Below, one piece after another: positions 55,269 through 64,000 of a stretch of DNA of 64,000 bases. The stretch is from Octopus sinensis (lineage: Eukaryota): the NCBI RefSeq assembly GCF_006345805.1, contig NC_043008.1, positions 2,356,001-2,420,000 of the forward strand, in the 5' to 3' direction. Below the pieces are notes generated by a model. That model worked only from the letters and a program-made list of their open reading frames with translations, ran no database searches and was not told where the DNA came from. The position numbers and the translations under genes are program-made. Position 1 is the first letter of the stretch. The number at the start of each line of letters is the position of its first letter.

Positions 55269-57409
55269 TTGTAACTAGCGCATTAAACTATGTTTTAAAT
55301 GTGTCAGTCCCATTTACACGTTGATGTGTTTGGTTATGAAAGTCATTGTATAGACATCTAATAATAAATTTGGCACAATAGCGCAATATACAATTGTAAC
55401 GAATCTTAGAACGCTTCGTTAAAGAAGTGTAAATTAAAAGACCATTTCCCATGGTCTTTTGTTCATTTTTGTTCATTCCTTTCGATTTTCTTATATATTT
55501 CCTTAATACATAGGCTTGCCTTTTGCAGGTAAACCGAATATCCTAAAGTTTTTCATATCTCAGTGCAGTTTTGTTAGAGAACCATGATAGAGCCCAAACT
55601 TGTTTCAAGACTGTATGACGTCCGACAAACTTGCTTATATCTAAACCTGGATTAGAAATTCTTGTCACAACTTATTTTCAGGGGTTCGTTGCTTAGTAAG
55701 CCGTTGCATATAACAATTCTAGGAGTAAATACATTGCACTATGCTTTGCAAAATTATAAACTTTTTGTCGTTAATGTATCTTCATGTTTCAATATACTTT
55801 CTGTTATTTTTTATTAAAAACTTTCTGTACATTTGTCTCTTCACTACTTACATTTTTATCGTAATATTGAATGTTCTTATCAGCGAATTTATCATTTGTT
55901 GTTTATTTTTAAAATCTTTATAGCTTTCTACGTGTTATTAATTTCAAACATGACTTCATGTTGGCATCGTTATAGATCGTATCTAGCTTCTTTAACGTTA
56001 AATGTTTTAGATGGTAATATATACACAAGCTATAACTAGCAATAGTTCTTTCTGATCAGCTATCAGTAACAAAACTCTACAGATTATTTGTTTTTAGTTC
56101 TTATTAAAAGTTGTTAGCAATGGCGCCAGACTGTTGTTGGCGACAGATTTTCAACTTGCTAATTGCTTGTTCACTCTGTTCCTTCTACTTAGAATGGTTG
56201 AGAATTAAAATACGCAATATATGGCTAGAGGACTTTCAAGATACATCAATATGTTAAATTCCTAATCCAGGGAAATTAGTCGCGATTTTCTTTGGCAAAA
56301 AAGAAAAACAAATTCCGAGAACCGTAGAAAAAATTCATTGGGTTTATTTATCATGAGTAGAAAAATTTTCAGTAGCAATAATGATCCTTTATCGTTTTAG
56401 ATATAAAATGCAGATTCATATTTGAAAGAAATGAAGGACGCATATTCTGTAATTGAGGGACATTTACTTAATTGCTATTACAATCACCTTTTATTGGTGA
56501 AATAGCGAAGCGTCTACAGGAGACACTAATGTATTATTATATTCTACGAGAAATGCTTAAAAATGTTTTACATCAACATTCGTATAAATTTTTATTTCAC
56601 AGTTAAAGTACTTATGTTAAGTAAATTATTTGGAAAGACGCATGCTGCTACGAGAAGTGATTTTAGTGTGGTAACGGTTTCTTTGAATATATATAAACAT
56701 TGTTGTTTGTATATGTTTTAGAACTCCGGCTTGTTTTGCTATATACGTAGGGAGTTCACAAATTATGCATAGATTCAGACGTTGATGAAATGCCTTGTAA
56801 TCTCCAAATTATTCTAGACTTTAAAAGATAATATCAAAAATTATGAATTTAAATATAACATCTGGAAATATAAATTATTGAATACTTCATCAACTCCAGA
56901 ATAAGGGGTCCCCGCCTCACGTAATAATATATCATCGTTTTATACCATTTTCTTTAAGTTCTTATGCGATATTGACAACGTCGTTATATGGTAAGTAGAA
57001 TTGCGAAGTATAAACGCTAGAAAATTGCTTTTATATGGTATAATGGATAGACCCTGCTCTCAAAACTATCACGAAATAGAATAAGAACGATACTCGTTTT
57101 GATATTCGTCATATTTAAATACAATTCGGAAGGATAAGAATTCTCTTGTTATTTTCATATGAAGAGTTGTGTATATAACTTATCCAGAGAATAATAATTA
57201 ACAAAAATGAATGTGTGTCATATTTGGAATTGATCGTTTCCTAAACAACTAAAAATACCATTTCGTATGTTTCAGAATAGTTTGCGCTTAAGTGGAACAC
57301 ACACTTTCAGAATGAACCGCTTGAAAAATGGGTAATATTAAATTGAGGGTACGATTTCCAGAACAAAGTATTTATTATATGTTCATTTTATAATATCTAT
57401 ATAATATCT

Positions 57410-57700
<291 letters not shown>

Positions 57701-59799
57701 TAGAGGGGGAGAGAGTGGGGAGAGACAGAAATAGATAAAAAATTCCAGTGATCGATATATAAATAAATAGATTGATAATCGCGATTTTCAATCGCGTATA
57801 CAAAACTTTGTTTGCAATTACTCATATACATACACATACGAGAGAGAGAGGGGGGAGGAAGAGAGGAAGATTTGGGAAGAAAAACAGACACAGTAACAGA
57901 AACTCAGGAAAAATCGAACATCAATGTTAAGCGAAATTGCGACACCCCCTGGCGAGAATGGACTGGACTACTACCTATAAATAGTAGCAGTCTGAGTAAT
58001 TGAGGTATGACCTGAGAGTTCCACACTTCGTGTGTTGATCGTTCAGAGTTCACAGTTCAAGTTGGGTTGTTGGTTCTAAAAAGATTGTTGTTGTGCTCCC
58101 CGTGTGGTTACTGCCGTTTGTTTCGATTATAATGTTATTCCACAGTTGCAGAGGATTCGTTTAGCCATAAGGATATAACAAGAGAGGAAGTGAACTTTAA
58201 GTTTATAACCTCAGTAAAGTTTAGTTTGAAATGCTGATTTAATAACGTATCGGATTTTCTGGTTAGATGGTTTCTTTCTTGTACATTGATTTTTCTCTTG
58301 TATTCAATATAATACATCCTGGTTTTATATGAAATACGTAAGTGTGGCTAATACTGTTTTTACGAAGTAATTTGTAATGCAGACCGTTTTTTTTATTTAG
58401 ATGGGACAACTGAATGTGATGTTATTTTCTCTTTCTTTCATTTTTTTTCTAATATACCATTTACTTCACTCTCTAATTCTAGCAGCTCACTAATCAATTC
58501 ATCTTTTCAACAGCAAAATTTTTTTCTCCTGCTAAAGCTTTGCAATTTCCATAATATTCATAGCATTTTTTTTTTTGCTATAAATTAATTTGGCTAAAAC
58601 TGTCTTGGGTAAAAAGAAAAAAAATGTTAGACTATTTAATTGAATATACAATTTATTTTTTGTATAGATGTTTATTTTATTCATGACAAACAACTCATGT
58701 AAAGTAAATGCATATATTATACATACTCAGACAAATTGATGTGCATGAAACACAATAATTTACATGGATTGTTGTTAAGAAAAAACATAAATATAATTAA
58801 CGCAAGTATTAGTATTTTAAAAAATACCAGTGAAAACTGTGCTCTTTTAGAATACAAATCAGCTGATGGAGACAAATATTTCCAATTTTGAACTTGCATT
58901 ATTTCTTGAAAATAAAACATAACAAAAAGGAAACTGAAGCAAAATATCTGCAAATTGATGAAGTAGGAGCGACACATTTCGATATTTCTCTCATTGATTT
59001 TTCCACCTTGGTCACTGCGGAGATATTCGACCTGCGATCAGACGTGTCTCAATCATGGCTTTCCAGTATTTTGTGCCGACGTAGGCATTTCTTTAGTCAA
59101 TAAACTATTCTCTCCCGTTTGTTATTTTTCGGAGATTTGTCTGCTACTTCTAACAATTCGAATAGCTCCGAATATTTCGCGTTGCATATTTGTGTGGTAA
59201 AATTTTGAAATTAGTCAAACTACCCGGCATGAGTGGACGTTCATTTCAGGTGTTAAACGTCAGATGTGATATGAAGCAGTTGAGATATGAATCGACTACA
59301 CCTGAGACAACATTATGTAAAACGAATATGTTTATAACGGTTACAATACACAGAGTCCTTCTTTAACACACTTTAAGTATGCAGGCTTATTTTACTTCGA
59401 AGATGATAGCATACACTTTCAGAAAGTGCAGCATAGATAATTAACTCAATAAGTCACTTATTCATAATCTAAACAACTTGGTACGTAATCATAGATATTC
59501 TTTGGTCTAATAATTTGCTTTCGAAATTTTGTCACACCATGATGTAACTGGTATGCGTTCTATTAACATCCAGGTAATGGCCAGCGTATTTTTTTCTCAA
59601 TGAACTCTCCTTCATAAGAGTATAGATTCCTCGCTTTCTTGTTCTGAAATATTTTAAGTGCTTCTCTTTTTACCTTGAAATTCCACCTCTTGTTCGCGAA
59701 AGGTGACAACATTTAGTTGTATAAATCAAATATACACATCTACATGCGTAGGCATGAACAAATGAGTAATGTGAAGGTAAGTTGAATACATTACCATGG

Positions 59800-60250
59800 A
59801 AACTGAAACTTATCTGGACGAAATAATTGAAAATATATGAAACGAGCTACAAGACAAGGAGTTGACAACATTCGAAGAGAACAAGTTTAAAGAATTATGG
59901 AGACAAAAAATTCTCATCGCGAATAATTTCCGAGATACAGCTGCCGTCAAAAAATGTGTACGTGTGAGGTATTGCGAAGAGGTCAAGTATTGTTAAGATG
60001 TTTTCCATCAGCAGTGTGTATCTCACAAGTGCTACTCTTACATGCGTTAAGATTTGAGAGGAAGGATTGTATTGGCCAAATAGAAAGTGCTGTAATGGGA
60101 GCGCTGTTAGATCTATATACTGGCACAATTTATCGACAACAAAGTAGAGTTCTCTGCAAGCTACGTTGAAAATGTAGAAGACATTTATACAAGATTTTTG
60201 TGTGGATCAATTGTTAATGAACAAGGATATACAAGGAGGCTCTAGTTAAA
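59800..60250 (+). mobile_element. Possible highly degraded R4-like fragment (post-RT region)
   Basis: KELWRQKILIANNFR and VLRRG loosely match W..K.lHGqf.R and WLr.G; weak. Confidence 0.3.
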
Positions 60251-60308
60251 AATATACGTAAACGATTTTAGGCAAGGAGGTATGAATATTTTCGATCATA
60301 GTGCACGT

Positions 60309-60527
60309 AATATTGGTTTGAAATTGTGACTCAAAGCCAACGAATCTCAGGGTTTGAGGTGCGTTGATTACATCGGCCCCAGTTCTCAAATGGTGCTTAT
60401 TTTATCGGCTAAAAAAGGATGTAGCGTAAAGTCGATCTCGGCGGAATACGAACTAAGAATTTAAAGAATGGCGAAATGCCTCTAAACATTTCGCCCAGGA
60501 TGCTAAAAGTTCTGCCACCTCGCCACC
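60309..60527 (-). mobile_element. SINE family C, near full-length antisense copy
   Basis: gattacatcggccccag...tggtgcttattttatcgg...aaagtcgatctcggcggaat...gaact...catttcgcccagg...ttctgcca.ctcgcc.cc is the reverse complement of the family C sequence. Confidence 0.85.
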
Positions 60528-61424
60528 TACAGGTCTTTTGATATCAACACAGTATGATATATTCATTTAGTTTACATAGAATCATCAATAATGTGTTGAC
60601 CGCATACCTATCGCTTAGGCAAACGATTATATTGAAAAAAAAAATATTAGAAATGTAGTATATAATCCGTAATTTCGATTGTATGTATGTTCCTTTAATA
60701 TTGAATTATAATATTATTGGCGTTTCCATCTGAGTTTTATGATGTAGTTACAGGTGTATTCTACTTGCATAATGGAGCTTAATATGTTATTTTGTCTCTT
60801 CGGTGCCAAAGGATATCAAATTTCTGATAATTTATTAGACACACACCATTAGGAGAATGGGCTTCTTTCATTAATTTCGAATGTAATATATATAATTCAC
60901 TTATCAAATCTATCTATGGATATATTTATTATATATAGGTAATTATATTTAGACTATAAACGAAATACAGGAATGTGAAATACAGTGATAAGTAATATAT
61001 CTTACAAAAGAACACGTATATACTTCACCTCTTGCAATGTTAGGGATTCTCTTGCGATATTTCATATGACCTTTTGCACATAGCATAGAAATTTACATGA
61101 ACAAAAAAAGCGATCACTTAAAAACAAGCATAGATGATTACATGTATATTGGAATAGTGATAAAACGAAAGGTTTAAGACGTATGAGAGGATGTCTCTAC
61201 GGAACGATATTTATTCTCTTAACATCAAATGTGCTGATCAACAAATGAGTTGATAAACACTGGAGATTGACATGTGTGATGGTGAAATATACATGGAGGA
61301 AATCAAAGATTTTAATGCTCACTAAATGCCATTGTATTTCGTTACAGATACGATAAGTGTTTAAAATTTCCAATGGACATAAATTGGTATCATCAAGCAC
61401 AGCATCTAACACGCACACACACAC

Positions 61425-61473
<49 letters not shown>

Positions 61474-62575
61474 ATTTATAAAGGTAGAGAGATAGATAGG
61501 TAGATTGATGCATAGATAGACTAATAAATAGCTAGACTGATAGATAGACAGACAGAAAGAGAGACAGGAAGGCAGACAGACAGACAGACTAGTAGATAGA
61601 GAGATAGATGGAACTAATCAACGACAACATTCGTCCTATATTTCTGGGCTGCCATATTAGATTGGCGATAACTATTAATATCCAGTACCGCTGCCGTAGT
61701 TTCCTTTAGAGAGACTTAGAAACATTAATATTTCTAAACGTATATGCTATATGCATTTAGTTACATATACAAACGCCGCTAAACCGATATAGAAACTCAC
61801 ACTTATTCCACATATATTTTATGTAATTAAGTGATTAATTTTAAAGGAAATTAAAGAAAATAGGATATTATGAATTTTATGAAATTAATTGCTTTAAATC
61901 CAAAAGCTCGAATCATTGAATTAGTAAATTAAAGAAATTATATAGCATAAATTTACCTACCCCGAAGAAAATAATAAATCACACTATCCATATTGATATA
62001 TTCTGCAATAATTATGCATGGTGTTAAGAATTGTAGCAGATGATATCTTTAACGAAGCCTTAATGTATAGAAGTTTTTTTGCACCATTAATGTGCCTCAG
62101 TCAGTACAGCCGTTGTCACAAATGTATCGACATCTAATTTAAAGCAATTGCAGAAACTAAGGATAATCATATCTGAAGATTCTGATGTTTTATTTCTTAT
62201 ATAATGATAGCTAAAAAAATAGACATACATGTGTATATGAGTGTATTTAAGCACACACATTCAAACAAAAACACATACACACATATACATACACACGTGC
62301 ACACATATGTATATATGTATATCCTTACTTATACTCAAATATTCATAATTTTTAGAATATTATATTTTTACCGAGAGCGAGAAATTTATCCGCTGCAAAT
62401 TCAATGTTAATGCCTTTAAATCTTAAAAATATTAACATAGACATATCTCAAGTGATTAAACATGCTCAGATATATACAGAGAAGCACACTCACAGGTACA
62501 TGTACAGGCACACAACACGCATCCACACTTACACACACACACACACACATATATATATGTATATTTGTATGTATG

Positions 62576-62621
<46 letters not shown>

Positions 62622-62766
62622 TTAATCAACCGTATGGTATACACCTAGGAGCTCTCAGTTCGAGCACGGTTACTTTCTTAGTGCTCTTTGGATATTTAAT
62701 TAATTAGATTAATGAGAAAGGCGGAATGCACTAGATGGCTCGAAACAGTTGTAATGACCAATAAAG

Positions 62767-64000
62767 TGTCTCGTAGCTTTCATCTTCCGTCTCTCTCATA
62801 AATGAAATATACATTTTATTACGACCTGCCGTCGCTCAAACTCTTCGGGAAAAACCCGGGACCAAACCAAGTCGAGCGACGACGATTGACCTGCTCGTTC
62901 GAATGGGGAATTCGCCACGGAAGGAGAGAATTCTGTGGGGGAGAATGGCAGCGAACCCGGCAACCGGCGACCGGAGATAACGACAACAACAGCAGGAAGA
63001 ACAGACACAAAGAGAGACGGCAGAAGGCAATTGGCTTACATTTAACAACGGTTTATAACAATTATTACAGCATAAATCAAAGATATATCTGGTATACAAC
63101 AAATCAAAGCATTTAAACATGCAGATACAATATACAATGTTTAAATCAGTTCAATGCACGATACAGTTCAGAGTTCTTTAGTCTTTCTCCTTCTTTTTCA
63201 ACACGTATCAACACAATTCACATTGTTCTTTATAATCTCTTTAGCACTGTTCTTTCTTCACGTATCAATTCTTTTACATTTCAACATCAATACAACAATC
63301 AAACAACACATACCGTTACGTTCTTTTCACAATGTCTTTACACAATAGCCAGTGCCTTCATACCGTAGTCCCTCTCTCTCGCTAACTTACTCCTATCTGT
63401 CTGTCTTCCTCAACTGACCGCCTCACGCCGTAGTCCTATCTGCCTGTCCTCCTCGACGCTGTCACTGTCACTCTCTCGCCTGTCATCTCTCAGATTGTTT
63501 GTCTGTCTTTATCAACTGACCGCCTCCTCCGTAATCCCATCTGCCTTGTTACCAACTCAATTTCTCCGGCCGAACCGTCTAACAGACTCACAGCTCCTGC
63601 TTTTTTATAGGGTAGTTTTCTCGGCCCCTTCTTGACCGGAAAAGGGCAGAGGTCTCTTCGGAAGCCATTACTCTTTCGTGAATCTGACAGAACAAAGGAC
63701 AATTACTTTAGATTTTAGACTTCCAGACTACAAACCAGCAAAGTAGGTCAAAGCAGTTGTTTACGGATTGACCTACTCTTATCAATATATATTGTACATG
63801 TATTTTTATTTTTGCAGTTTTATTGTTTGTCTATGCCAGAAAAAAGGCTTTTTCGTTCGTCCTCTTGTGTTTGTTTTTGTACATGTATTTTAATTTTGCA
63901 GTCTTATTGTTACGTCTTGTTTGTGTTCGTACTCATTGTGCCCCGCTGCTTGAAATTTTATTTTAATTCTCTCGCAGGAAGGCCTATTGGATTATTGTTC
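62767..64000 (-). mobile_element. LTR-like repeat segment, probably continuing past the window end
   Basis: Sharp GC/CpG rise; left boundary TG at 62767 (CA on minus); minus-strand TATAAA at 63604-63609 and AATAAA at 62815-62820; internal direct repeats. The other terminus is not seen. Confidence 0.45.

Noticed and set aside
58888-59200. Overlapping short ORFs in a CpG-richer patch
   Set aside because: No motif recognised on either strand.
62705-62765. Degenerate taatga...ctc-gaaac-agtt-gta near the LTR-like boundary
   Set aside because: The core lacks CUG and no stem I is found; at best a decayed PLE end.

Overview
AT-rich, microsatellite-saturated eukaryotic DNA with no host protein-coding gene that I can recognise. 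The repeat families suggest a coleoid cephalopod, probably Octopus (inference, no database search). The window is intronic or intergenic. It holds remnants of RLE-type non-LTR retrotransposons (R4/Dong-like; 4 clear, 1 weak), Tc1/mariner transposases, three tRNA-derived SINE families, a probable Penelope-like RT remnant and an LTR-like terminal segment. Almost all supplied ORFs are microsatellite artefacts or TE debris. The most notable items are: (1) a type I hammerhead-ribozyme motif at 26454-26514 (-) inside a short non-coding dispersed repeat whose second copy (36.3 kb) has a decayed core; (2) a 291-bp near-perfect palindrome at 15387-15677; (3) R4-like elements and a non-coding element embedded in trinucleotide microsatellites; (4) a composite mariner built from two inward-facing left ends. 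Splice-site and promoter candidates are reported at low confidence only.
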